NCBI GenBank assembly: GCA_964016885.1
Contig: OZ024741.1
Location: forward strand, 184,264,001-184,328,000
Length of the DNA: 64,000 nucleotides
Direction of reading: 5' to 3'
Source: Eledone cirrhosa
Lineage: Eukaryota
Shown here: positions 1-12,865 of the stretch, one piece after another
How the letters are laid out: each line of letters opens with the position of its first letter
How positions within the stretch are numbered: position 1 is the stretch's first letter
Program-made: the position numbers and the translations under genes
The notes under the pieces: generated by a model
What the model was told of the DNA's origin: nothing
Database searches by the model: none
What the model saw: only the letters and a program-made list of their open reading frames with translations

Positions 1-1439
1 TATGAATGCAAATATCAGTAGAAACACGATTGAAAGGGGTGCAAAGGATAGGTTTATGAAGGATTTGTTGAAGAGAAGGAAAACAAAAAAAGGTAGGAAG
101 AAAAGAAAGAGAAAAAGAAAGAAGAAAAGGAAGGGTATAAAGGCTTTTAGTAGAGGTTTCTTCGGAGATATGATTTTTCCTTTCATCTTCATAAACCCAT
201 CCTTTGTCCCCACCCCAATGTAGAGAGAAACTGCGTTGAAGTTCTTTTGTATATATATATATACATATATATGTGTGTGTGTGCGTTTCTTCGCAGATGT
301 CTAAAACTGGGAAACCGATTCCTGCTTAGCGTCAGAAATGCACTGGACCAGCCGTTTGCCTGTTGAAAGTCTGTAACCACCAATGCTAATGTTTATGAGA
401 TGTCATATAGAATAACAGAAGAAGAAACAAAGAAAAAGGATAAGTTCGGAATATTTTCTGGTTAGATACGTAATTATCTGAAAAGAACAGATGTGAATAT
501 TTTGTTCAAGAACACAAATGAAGTATTTAGCATCTGTCAAGCTTTCGTTCCTCAGCCACGTATTCATATATAATTCTTCACAGCTTCGCATGGCAGCCGC
601 TAGATGTCGTGTCATTCACAGCAAGTAATCATTTGCGATAACATAATATTTTTAATCAGTATTTTTGCATTTGTTTCCATGTCAGTTTGGGTGTAGGTGT
701 AAAGTGTTTTATTGGACTAATTGCCTTTCCTTATATCAATTTTACAGTTGGATGATTTGTCTACGTTCCATGATTTAACTCTGAATTAGTAGTGTGAAAT
801 TTGAAGGAGATTTTGCTGCCATAACTTGAATGGCTACGTTGCTGCGACAGCCGCAGCGATCCCAGCAATAACAACAGCAACAACAGCAAGAACATAACTG
901 TGAATTCGTGGGTGCGTCTACGGGATTGCTGGATCCAATAAAAATAGCCACCAAATTTTCTTCAAATTACACCCCATTGTTTTTAACAAAAGAACACATG
1001 GGATAATACTAGGCCAGAGGAAAAATAAATGACATGTTAGTCAGAAAAGTAACACATTTAATTGTAGGCCTATCAGATCTGTGACCTAATCTGGACAAAA
1101 TGACCACTGCAAGTTAACGTCACTGTGAGCCACTGATGAAAGTTTTACGTAGTCTCTCGACCTGCTAGAAATAACAGCCAAATTTCTCTCAGATATCGAT
1201 CACTTGTTCTTAATACGGAAAGTGCACACAATTTCTAGCATTGATTGAAGGTGAAATATTGTGGAGCGAGAAGTAACAATTAATTAAATCGACCTCATTA
1301 CTTCACAAGTCCTTATTTTGACGACCAACGGAAGAGGACGTTAAAGTTGATCAGGATAGGATTTTAACTCCAAAGAACGTAAAGGGCCGTAACTGAATGA
1401 TCTCTTATCGATCCAGGAAATATTTGAACAAAAAACGAA

Positions 1440-1580
1440 TAATCAATCTTTAATCATTCCCATGCTGCGCCGCATATCCGTTTGTCCACGCCCTCCATAT
1501 CTGTCCTAAAATATTCTGCGTGATGTTTCGTCCATACATGGCATGTCTTCCTCTGGACTGCTTGGGTTTTCCTTTGTTTT
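1440..1580 (-). mobile_element. Degenerate RTE-like LINE 3' end
   Basis: Reverse strand reads ...GKPKQSRGR..., then WRAWTNGYAAQHGND-stop followed by a short GATT-type tail, resembling RTE C-termini; heavily decayed. Confidence 0.3.
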
Positions 1581-2194
1581 TTTCAAACGGTTTCTGTAGC
1601 AAGAGTATTTCTTATGGGGAAATCCTGTCAGCCTCTAGTTCGACTCAAGGGCTTAGGACCACCTGACATTCACATTTAAATGACAATAACAAGACTGGAG
1701 ATCGACAGATTTAGAGAGAAGGGGTGCACGGGGTGGAAAAGGCAGAGGTAGTCGTAAATTGACCCCAGAACCTGATTTTATCGGCATTGGAAGAATGAAA
1801 TGCGAAGTAGAATTGGAATCAGGAACAAAAACCTTATGGAATTCGTCCAAGCGCTAACCCACATGCTGATCCGGATGTCTAAAATATGTACAAAGCTTCA
1901 AATCTATGCGAAGATGTATAGATATAGGTACTTTATGTATATATATATAGGTACTTTATTTTATCGACCCCGTTAAAACGAAATGCAAAGTTGATTTCAG
2001 AAGTATAAGAACGTAATGGCTCTTAATAAGTTAATACTGTAATATATATTTTTTTCAACACTGTACTGATTCTACCAACGAATAACTTTCATTGTAACAA
2101 GGGCGACCTATTGAAGACCTCATATGGACAAATTACACAACGAGAGATATTGTTCTATTTTAACATCGAAAGTGCTATTGAAACAATAAATAAA

Positions 2195-2375
2195 TAATTG
2201 TTTCTACCTTTGGCACAAGGCCAGCAATTATCCAGTGTATTACTGGTACTTTATTTTATCCACCTCATAAGGATGAAAGGCAAAGTTAACCTCGGCGGGA
2301 TTTGAACTCAGAATGGCAAGGGCCGTAACTCTATGCGTCAAAGCATGGCGTCCGACCCTCTACCGATACTGCCAA
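2195..2375 (-). mobile_element. tRNA-derived SINE, family A
   Basis: Reverse complement has A-box TGGCAGTATCGGTAG, B-box GAGTTCAAATCCC, central GCCTTTCATCC..GATAAAATAAAGTACCAG and 3' GCTGGCCTTGTGCC; same family recurs many times in the window. Confidence 0.85.
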
Positions 2376-2419
2376 ATATAATATAAATATAACATAATCA
2401 ATGTCAACGATGTGTGCTT

Positions 2420-2715
2420 CAGTGTTTCAGTTAAAGGGAACAGCCTACTCATTAAATTAACGTACAATTGATTGAGTATTCCACAGGTACGTGTACCTTT
2501 AAAGTAATTCTCAGTGATATTAAGCGTGATACAGCGTTACAAGATGATCTTTTTAATTACAGGTGCAGTCCATCCGACGGGCTTCCTAACAGATTCTGTC
2601 TACAAATTTCTACACTCAAATCTTAGACTGACAAAAGCTATGATAAAAGACACACTTACCTAAGATGACATGCAATTGCCTCGAATTCGAATCATCGTGT
2701 CTGTGAATTGTCCAC
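2420..2715 (-). mobile_element. Degenerate SINE, family B
   Basis: Shares GGAAC.GCCT.CT..T.AAATTAACGT.CAA.TGA.TGA..ATT.CACA..ACGTGTA block with 55840-56070. Confidence 0.55.
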
Positions 2716-3649
2716 GTATAAATTAAGTGATATAAAATATCCAAAACCACCATCACCCTCCACCATCACGACCCTCCTCCTCCAAGATCACGACCCTCAT
2801 CCACCACCTTCATAATACCCCACCACCAACACCACCAATAACAAAAATATTGTTCTCTTTTTATTAAGTACGAACGCACTATATTTTCTTTAATTACCAC
2901 TGAATGGGAGGAAATTGGTCTCATAGCCATGTCTGTGGTCAAGAGGCCCCAGCATTGTTAAATCATATGGACGTTGTGTTATTGTGTCTCCTGTATTGCA
3001 GCAATGATTGTTAAAAAGGGGAAAGAAAAGCTTCGCATAAACAAACATAAAAAAGAACACCAATAATAATAGCAACAAGAAATGCTATAAAATGCAAAAA
3101 TGAAATAAAAGGTAATTTGTTTTATTGTATGAGAATTATCATTCTTATTATCATTGGATGCAATTATTTTATGGAAGCTTAAAGTTTTCGCTAATTCTTT
3201 GGCAGACCAAGCATACACTACAATTATTACAGAAATTTTTGCATCGAATTTTTCTTGCTGTCGATGTTGTTGATATTGTCTTTTTTTTTTTTTATTTTTT
3301 TGGTAGTAGTTGTTGGTGTTGGTGTTGGTGTTGGTGTAGCAGTGCTGTTGTTTTGATAATGGAGGTTTGGCGTTGTTGTTGTAATGTGTGGCGGGGTTGG
3401 TGTTGCTTTTTTAGGTGGGAGAGGGGGGGACCCTTTTTCTGTCCTATTGCACCCGAAGGGAAAGAAGAAGTAAGTGGCTTGTTTATCATAATGGAAAGGA
3501 AAGGAAGCGAGAGGGAGAGAACGTTGACTTGGTTTGTTTTGAAGAGAGTGGGAATGAGCTGGTGTGTGTTTGAGAAAAAGAAAGAGATGGAGAGAGAAGG
3601 AGAGGTAGAAATAGCTTGGTAGATAGAGAGAATGTATTACACAGAATAC

Positions 3650-4298
<649 letters not shown>

Positions 4299-4776
4299 TG
4301 GATGAGATATATATGAAGAACAAGATAGAAGGATAGATAGGATAGATAATTAGAGATGGTAGATAGTGAGCGAGAACGAAAAAGAATGAAGGAGAGAGAA
4401 AAAGATACAGAGAAAAGGGAAATGATAAAGAGGGAGGGATGATAGAAATTACATCTAAATAGGTTGACATTTAGTATAAATTGCCGCAGGTCATAAAACG
4501 TTGAAGGATACAATCAAATATGGCGTGTAGAAATCTTAGATTCATTTGACATTACAAAGTTTATCATAGAGAAGTGTGTGTGTACGTGAGTGTGGGTTTT
4601 AAGCCAGATGTGTGTTTGGTTATGAGTGTACATCAACACGAGTGTTTGAGGTGTGGATTTGTAATAGTTTGCTGTTGTTGTTTTTTGTATGCATGTAAAT
4701 ATATATGTATGTACCCATGTATGTATATTTGTAAACTCTCTCTATCATTATCACACACACACTATATATACTATAT

Positions 4777-4823
<47 letters not shown>

Positions 4824-4876
4824 ATATACATATATATATATATATATATAAATATATATACACACACATATATATA

Positions 4877-4907
<31 letters not shown>

Positions 4908-4979
4908 GCATGTATATATATATATATAAGCGTATGTACGAATATATGTTTATATGAATCTATCTATCTATCTCTATAT

Positions 4980-5075
<96 letters not shown>

Positions 5076-5224
5076 ATGTATGTGTGTGTGTGTGTATGTG
5101 TGTGTGTGAGTAAAATAGCATATTGCATATACGTGAAATATAGGTTACACACACACATAATCACACAATTATATATAAATATGTATGTGTAAATATATTT
5201 GTTTGTCTACATGCATCTGTCTGT

Positions 5225-6095
5225 TTGTCTATATATGTGTATGCAGTATGCGTGTGTGTTTGTGATTGTGTGTATATATGTGTGTGTGTGTATGTATGGA
5301 TGTATGTACGCATACATGTATGTATGTACGCATGTATGTATGCATGCATGCATGTATGTGTGTATGTATGTACGCATGTATGTATGTATGTGTGTGTGTG
5401 TGTACGCATGTATGTAGGTATGTGTGCGTGTATGTATATAAGTGTGTATGTATGTACGCATGTATGTTTGCATGCATGCATGTATGTGTGTATGTATGTA
5501 CGCATGTATGTATGTATGTGTGTATGTGTATGTACGCATGTACGTATGTATGTGTGTGTGTATGTATATATGTGTGTATGTATGTATGTACGCATGTATG
5601 TATGCATGCATGTATGTGTGTATGTATGTACGCATGTATGTATGTATGTGTGTATGTGTGTGTGTGTATGCACGCATGTATGTATGTATGTGTGTGTGTA
5701 TGTATATATGTGTGTATGTATGTATGTACGCATGTATGTATGCATGCATGCATGTATGTGTGTATGTATGTACGCATGTATGTATGTATGTGTGTGTGTA
5801 TGTATGTATGTATGTATGTATGTATGTATGTATGTATGTATGTATGTATGTATGTATGTGTGTATGTATGTGTGCATGTATGTATGTATGTATGTATGTA
5901 TGTGTGTGTGTATGTATGTACGCATGTATGTATGTATGTGTGCGTGTATGTATGTATGTATGTATGTATGTATGTATGTATGTATGTATGTGTGTATGTA
6001 TGTATGTATGTATGTATGTATGTATGTATGTATGTGTGTATGTATGTACGCATGTATGTATCTATGTGTGCGTGTATGTATGTATGTATGTATGT
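5225..6095. repeat. (TATG)n compound satellite with recurring TACGCATG variant units
   Basis: Directly visible; generates the spurious HTYI/MYVC ORFs. Confidence 0.95.
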
Positions 6096-6462
6096 TAGGA
6101 ACGAATAATTCTTTTGGAAACACAAATGTTAAGAGGATTAAGGTTAAAGGTTTCTGCAAGTTTCAAACCGGGGTTGTTCTATTAAAATGGCTGCATTCAT
6201 TGAAGACCTTAAATACGTGAGTGAGAGAGTAATTGAGTGAATGAATGAGTTAGCAATTGAGGGAATGATTGAGAGATAGAATGAAGTAGATATGGAGGCT
6301 GGAAGATGGGTATGAAATGTACATCTGTTATGCACCAGATGTAAAGATATATTAAAGATATCCAATGCAGTGAGACACAGGATTCTTTTTGCTGCAGGAT
6401 ATGGAACGGAAACTAAGGGAAACGACAGTTTGGACTCTGGGGGTCTCTTTTTTCTTGATGTT

Positions 6463-6745
6463 GTTGGCGGTGGTTGTGGTGACGGTGGAGATGATATCGA
6501 TGTTGATGTTGTTGTTGTTGGTGTTGGTGGTAGTAGTGGCGATGTGGTTGTTGTTGTTGGTGGTGGTGGTGTTGATGTTTGTAGTAGTGATGTTGTTGTT
6601 GTTGGCGGTGGTTGTGGTGACGGTGGCGATGATATCGATGTTGATGTTGTTGTTGTTGGTGTTGGTGGTAGTAGTGGCGATGTGGTTGTTGTTGTTGTTG
6701 GTGGTGTTGATGTTTGTAGTAGTGATGGTGTTGTTGGTGTTGGTG
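6463..6745. repeat. Two-copy ~138-bp tandem duplication of GTT/GGT-rich sequence
   Basis: GTTGGCGGTGGTTGTGGTGACGGTGG.GATGATATCGATG at 6463 and 6601. Confidence 0.85.
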
Positions 6746-6854
6746 TTCACTTACACAATTACTCTCTCGTGTACTTAAGCCTCTTTAATGATAGCAGCCA
6801 ATGTAATATCTGCATTTGGTATTTAGTGAAGAAGACAAAGAAAATATGAATGAA

Positions 6855-6999
<145 letters not shown>

Positions 7000-7516
7000 A
7001 GGTGGTGGTGGGGATATAGTGGTTAAAGTGAACGAAAGTGTGGACAATAAATAGAAAGAAAAGGTGAGAGCGATGAGAGACAAAAATATACAGAGAATGC
7101 ATGAGACAGGCTTGAGTAAGTGAAAGACACAGAGTTTGAGAATTAGACTCACTTCCCCTTGACAAGACACCAAGTTTGCTTGCAGTTCGTGGATAGAGAA
7201 AGAGAAAGAGAAAGAGAGAGAGAAAGGAAGAGAAGGAAGGAAAGTATGAGAGGGAGAGCGAGAGGGGAAGAGTGAGGGAGGGAGGGAGGGAGATCGAGAG
7301 ATGGCCTTAACGTATATATTAACGTAGGCTGAGTAAATCTTTATAGGGATGGAATAGTTTGCGGGGTGACTATGTTCGGATTAAAGTTAATGGAGTTTTA
7401 ATTTTTTTGTATTTCTTGAAAATTTCGTCATTTTTAAATTGAGGAAAAAAAAAATATAATTTGTGTGAAATTAAAGGTACTTAATTTTTTTTTCAAACTG
7501 TGAATTGATGATGATA

Positions 7517-7562
<46 letters not shown>

Positions 7563-8707
7563 GGATGATAAAAAAAAGTGAATCTGTATCATTTCCATTC
7601 TTTAGATATGTAAGGAGGAGGATCTTAGGAATCAACGAATGTCTGAAATCGCTTCAGGTTACGTGTCAAGAACGAACTATTTATCGCCATATGGAAGGAG
7701 AAAGTAGAAGTGTTCATAAATACAGGGGTAGAAAGGGTAGGAATGTTCATGGATGCAGACATAAGGATAGAAGCGTAGTTTGGGAAGAAGCAAAGAAATG
7801 AGTTATAAGGAGAAGGTTATGTTTCCTAAACAGTAACAACAGTAACAACAACACCAGTAATAATAACAACATTAGCGACATTACCAGCAACATAGACTAC
7901 AGCATCAAGTGTGCAAAGAATTTGTGCCAGACGGAAGGACTAAACAGCTCCTAAGTTACCGATGCGTATGGAGGGATTAATACACAACAGAAATAATTCA
8001 ATAATCAAACATAAAACAAAATTAATAACTATAAATCTAATAAAAATATATTATATTCTCTTGTACACATCTTCTCAATCTCATCACACATATAACATGA
8101 TTGAAATTAATGTATAACTCCCTTCAGATTAATGAAAATATGTACACAAAACGAAGTTTTTGTAAATGAACATGTTTTTCTTATTTATTTCTCCGCGGAC
8201 TGAAAAAGCTTGAACGATCTAACTAGAGTGTCGAATCAAGTTGAACTAACCATCAGAGATCATCTACACTTTTCTCTGTCTATGTAGAAATATGCAAATA
8301 ATTGAATTATAAGCCCACCAAATAGGGTTTTATCAGCGAGCTGGGAATTCCAATTTGCATAATACTAGTGCAGACGCTGGTAGCTAATTTCATTAGATAT
8401 TAAATTATGTACCAAGCAACTGAAGTAAACAACATATACATATCAATATAAAAGCAATATGCACCTTTAAATACACGGTTAAACCTTGCACCTTAACACC
8501 TTTAGAGTGTAGGTGGAAATGTTAAAATGTTTCCATATCTATAATTGAAGATAATATTCTGAACTCTTTATATATGTATATATTTCGCCGAAAAGAAGTG
8601 ACATAGTCACTATTTTAAAACTGACAGCGCATAGTCTTCTAAATGTTTTGAATTAAACATACGGTATATTGCCAAGTATACTATACATTCATATATATAT
8701 ACATACA

Positions 8708-8817
<110 letters not shown>

Positions 8818-8864
8818 TATATATAACAATAATGTGAATAAAATCGAAGTTGCAGCATCGGCTA

Positions 8865-9110
8865 GCATCTCACGAATGAACAATATTCGGAAGCTTTGCA
8901 CGAAACACTCAATAAGATAATATCGATAAATCGATAAATTAAATCTCAGAGTAATAAACATACCTTAAAGGTGTACAAACTGAAAAATGTGGTTAAGCAG
9001 AAAATGCCACAGAAGCCACCACAACGACGAACATACAAGCAGATTGATACAGACCTGGGCCTAATCGTTAGTTATTATACAATATCTTCGATTGGTTTCT
9101 GAGAATCCTA
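8865..9110 (+). pseudogene. Mutator-like (MULE) transposase C-terminal remnant
   Basis: With one frameshift reads RMNNI(S)EALHETLNK, similar to the MULE RTNNxxExWHxxLN motif, followed by QKPPQRRTYKQIDTDLGLIVSYY. Confidence 0.45.
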
Positions 9111-9334
9111 AAACAAAAATCGAACACTGCGCAAATTGCAAATCTGTACTGTATGAAGATCGAACGTGGACTCACGTTATCAACGGGTGTTTCGTTCTGT
9201 GCGCCGTCAACACGGCGTGAAGATAGCGAGGCGAATGACTGTAGTATCAGCCAACACGGCGTGTTCACATGTTCTTTCTCAACAATCGGCACAGTATATG
9301 GAAGAAATACATTAGTTTGACACTTGAAATAGAA

Positions 9335-9372
9335 GTCTTAACGTTTCGGACGATATTCCTTCATCAGAAAAT
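9335..9372 (-). ncRNA. Minimal hammerhead ribozyme motif (PLE type)
   Basis: Reverse strand CTGATGA-A-GGA-atatcg-TCC-GAAA-CGT-TA: intact core, 3-bp stem II, palindromic ACGT in place of stem III. Confidence 0.7.
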
Positions 9373-9485
9373 AGAGTTAGAAATAGAAGATAAATAGAAA
9401 GGAAAGAGTGATAAGGGGAAGGAATGGGGAAAAATGAGGGGAAACAATGGGGGAGAAAAAAACATACGTGTGCTTCGTAGAATCG

Positions 9486-9582
9486 AGACGTATCTGACGA
9501 CCTTGCGATTGCAGTGTCAGGTTCGATCATTACATCGATCGTGCCTCGAGCTGGTCGCCAGAGAAACGATTGTAATATGTCT
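9486..9582 (+). ncRNA. Hammerhead ribozyme motif with long stem II
   Basis: AGACGTAT-CTGACGA-C-CTTGCGA...TCGCCAG-A-GAAA-CGATTG-TA-ATATGTCT: 8-bp stem I, intact core, GUA cleavage triplet; followed ~45 nt later by (TA)n. Confidence 0.7.
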
Positions 9583-10063
9583 AATACATTTTATTCATCG
9601 CAACACTGATTCTCCGTTTCTTATGTGATATATATATATAGATACGAGACATCACTGTCTTTTGTGTCGTTCTTTATATAAGACGGCAGATTTCAATGCT
9701 GTTAATTCTAGCAAGTCGAAAAACCATGTAGAGGCCTCTTTGTGTAGGCAGTAAGCATTACAAAGAGAACGTCCACATTCACGCTCATACGTTCACAAAC
9801 ATAAACTAAAGTCAGCCATTTTGAGGATGCTACTAGAAAACAATAATGATATTTTTCTGCCCCCAAAACGCTCTACTCGAACCATTAAAATATAACTCGG
9901 CTGCTGACAAAGGCAAAGCTAATTTGGCGAGATTTAATAGAATTCAGAACGTAGAAAATCGTAACTAAAAACAGCAAAGCATATTATCCAACAGTATATT
10001 TATTTGTTTAACTATTTATTTATTTACTTATTTATTTATTCAATTTAAACGTCCGCATTGAGC

Positions 10064-10163
10064 TGGTAATCCATGACACACTAGAGGAAGTACGAGTACT
10101 CCTTACAGTTGGTAATCCATGACACACTAGAGGAAGTACGAGTACTCCTTACAGTTGGTAATC
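10064..10163. repeat. 46-bp exact tandem duplication (2.2 copies)
   Basis: TGGTAATCCATGACACACTAGAGGAAGTACGAGTACTCCTTACAGT at 10064 and 10110, partial at 10156. Confidence 0.95.
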
Positions 10164-10707
10164 AAATGGAGCTAGTGAGACAAGTAATAAAAAAAACTAA
10201 AATATGAAAAAAGAAAAAGGGAAACAAATAGAATAACTAAAATAAAATTTCGCAATTCTTTTGTGCAGTATTTTTTACTGCTGGATATATTGTATTGTAA
10301 TAAATTGTATTTGTTAAACTTACTATAAAAATATGCATGATGTTCATTTGATATATGTTATTCTGAAGTATAATGTTTAATTCATATATTCAAATATATT
10401 CTAAAAACATCCTACTTTCCTTTTTGGAGGACATAATACTTTATTAAGTTAATCATTCCGGTACTTAACTGGTACTTACTTATTTTATCGTTCTCAAATG
10501 AACGAAAGGCAACAGTTGAACGCAACTTGTTTCAAACACAGAATGAAAAGGGATATAAGTCACCAATCACTGCAAGTAATTTTCTCCAGTATCATTCCCT
10601 TCTGACATATCACCGTCTTCTTATTTGTTTAATAATTCATTGGCTATGTAAAATGATTTTCTCTCTCCTCCCTCTCCCTCTCTCTCTCTCTCACGCACAT
10701 GCATGCA

Positions 10708-10836
<129 letters not shown>

Positions 10837-11084
10837 ATAATAAAATGTGGAGAGTTAGGACACGAGTTAGGATATATATATATATATATGAAAACAGGGA
10901 GAAAGAGACGATTATTAGGAAGAAAAAATATTGTTTTCCTTTTTTGTTTCTCTCTCTCTTTTTTCTGGGTTAGAAAATGATTAAAACGAAATGTTTTACT
11001 TTGTGTGAAGTGTTAAGGTATTAGTTGATTTATTTATTATTTAACAATGACATTTATTTATCTATTTATATATTTAATGATTGT

Positions 11085-11127
11085 CTATTACCGGTTTCAG
11101 CATTTTTATGCATTATCAAATGATAGT
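11085..11127 (-). ncRNA. Variant-core hammerhead motif in the PLE arm (mirror copy at ~12551-12592 +)
   Basis: TTGATAA-T-GCAT-aaaa-ATGC-T-GAAA-CCGG-TA; the mirror copy has GAAA changed to GAAG. Confidence 0.5.
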
Positions 11128-11568
11128 GAAATGTATTAGTGTGGTGTCGCACATGTTAAACAGAAGGTGCAGAAAGAATAATGTTATATACAAACAAGAT
11201 TTAAGAAGTGAAAAGAAAAAAGAAAAAGGAAAAAAAACGTGCATTATGTGGAACGTAAAAAGTCAATGTGGAAGAAAAAATAATGTTATTTACAAGCAAA
11301 GTCATTGAAGTTAAGCAGATCAAAATGTATTAATATAGCAAGAGTGCTTAGTTAATCCATGATTCCGTGATGGAGGCAAATGGTGGACTGAGGTTTGATA
11401 TGATTTCCCTTTTTAGAGAGTTACTATGCAGGGAGAAGCAATTCTTGCTGAGTGATATTTAATTTATTTAAGAAAAAGGATTAGGTAGGGTGTGAGTGAG
11501 GTAACACTTGTTAATGTTTGATTGTTTGTTGCAGTTTTAGATTGGTCCGATATTTAGAGCATTAAGTC

Positions 11569-12150
11569 TCCACACACAACCCCCTCAACAATGAGGCATT
11601 CGACACCATCCTCCAGAACATTCGTTTACTAAAATGAGATCCAAGAATGAACAATATCCTCCAAACACACAACATCATAAAGAGCAAAAGACAACCCAAA
11701 TCCATAAAAAATATCCTCACACAAGCCAAAATCCAAGAAACCCTCACAATGAACCCTACAGTAACAAAATGCGGAAGGCCCAACTGTGGAATATGCATAA
11801 ATCTAGGACAACGTTTCACAGTTAAACACAACTTTACATGTGTATCTGAAAACCTTATCTATGTTTTGACCTGCTCAGGTTGTCAAGATCACTACATAGG
11901 ACAAACAAAAAACAGCCTCCGTCAACGTATGACCGTCCATAAATCACAAATTAAAATACAGGAATACAGAAAGATTGCATTTAGTGAACATATCGCCATT
12001 TGTGCTCTCAACCAACATCCAAAATTTAAAAATTACCCCACTTACAAATTCATAGACAACTCTATTTTCATCCAACGTACCAATAAGGAAACACATTTCA
12101 TTAATAAATTTCAACCCTTACTTAAGGCTCTAAAAATCGGACCAATCTAA
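11569..12150 (+). pseudogene. PLE C-terminal GIY-YIG endonuclease (Neptune/Nematis-like), RT missing
   Basis: CGRPNCGIC linker, NLIYVLTCSGC..YIGQT..LRQRMTVH..EH (GIY-YIG with CCHH), KETHFINKFQP; in-frame TGA at 11635 upstream of track ORF 11647-12150. Confidence 0.9.
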
Positions 12151-12784
12151 AACTGCAACAAACAATCAAACATTTACAAGAGTTACCTAACTAATCCTTT
12201 TTCTTAAATAAATTAAATATCACCCATCAATAATTGCTTCCCCCTGCATATTAACTCTCTAAAAAGAGAAATCATATCAAATCTCAGTCCACCATTTGCC
12301 TCCATCACGGAATCATGGATCAACTAAGCACCCTTGCTATATTAACACATTTTGATCAGCTTAACTTCAATGAGTTTGCTTGTAAATAACATTATTTTTT
12401 CTTCCACATTGACTTTTCACGTTCCACATTATGCACAGTTTTTTTCCTTTTTCTTTTTTTTTTTTTCACTTCATAAACCTTGTTTGTAAATAACATTATT
12501 CTTTCTGCACCTTATGTTTAACATATGCGACACCACACTAATACATTTCACTATCATTTGATAATGCATAACAATGCTGAAGCCAGTAATAGACAATAAT
12601 TAAATATATAAATAGATAAATAAATGCCAATGTTAAATAATAAATAAATCAACTAATACCTTAACACTTCACACAAAGTAAAACATTTCGTTTTAATCAT
12701 TTTCTAACCCAGAAAAAAGAGAGAGAGAAACAAAAAAGGAAAACAATATATTTTTCTTCCTAATAATCGTCTCTTTCTCCCTGT

Positions 12785-12849
<65 letters not shown>

Positions 12850-12865
12850 GGTATATATCTATCTA

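Larger units (their letters stand above)
10888..12790 (+). mobile_element. 5'-truncated Penelope-like element with inverted pseudo-LTR arms, inserted in (TA)n
   Basis: 10888-11567 is the reverse complement of 12120-12790; the centre encodes a GIY-YIG endonuclease; both outer ends abut (TA)n. Confidence 0.9.

Noticed and set aside
10064-10163. Repeat resembling a CRISPR unit
   Set aside because: Head-to-tail duplication with no spacers, in eukaryotic DNA.
11635-11637. In-frame TGA in the PLE ORF as possible selenocysteine
   Set aside because: Not at a Cys-motif position and no SECIS recognised; a nonsense mutation is simpler.
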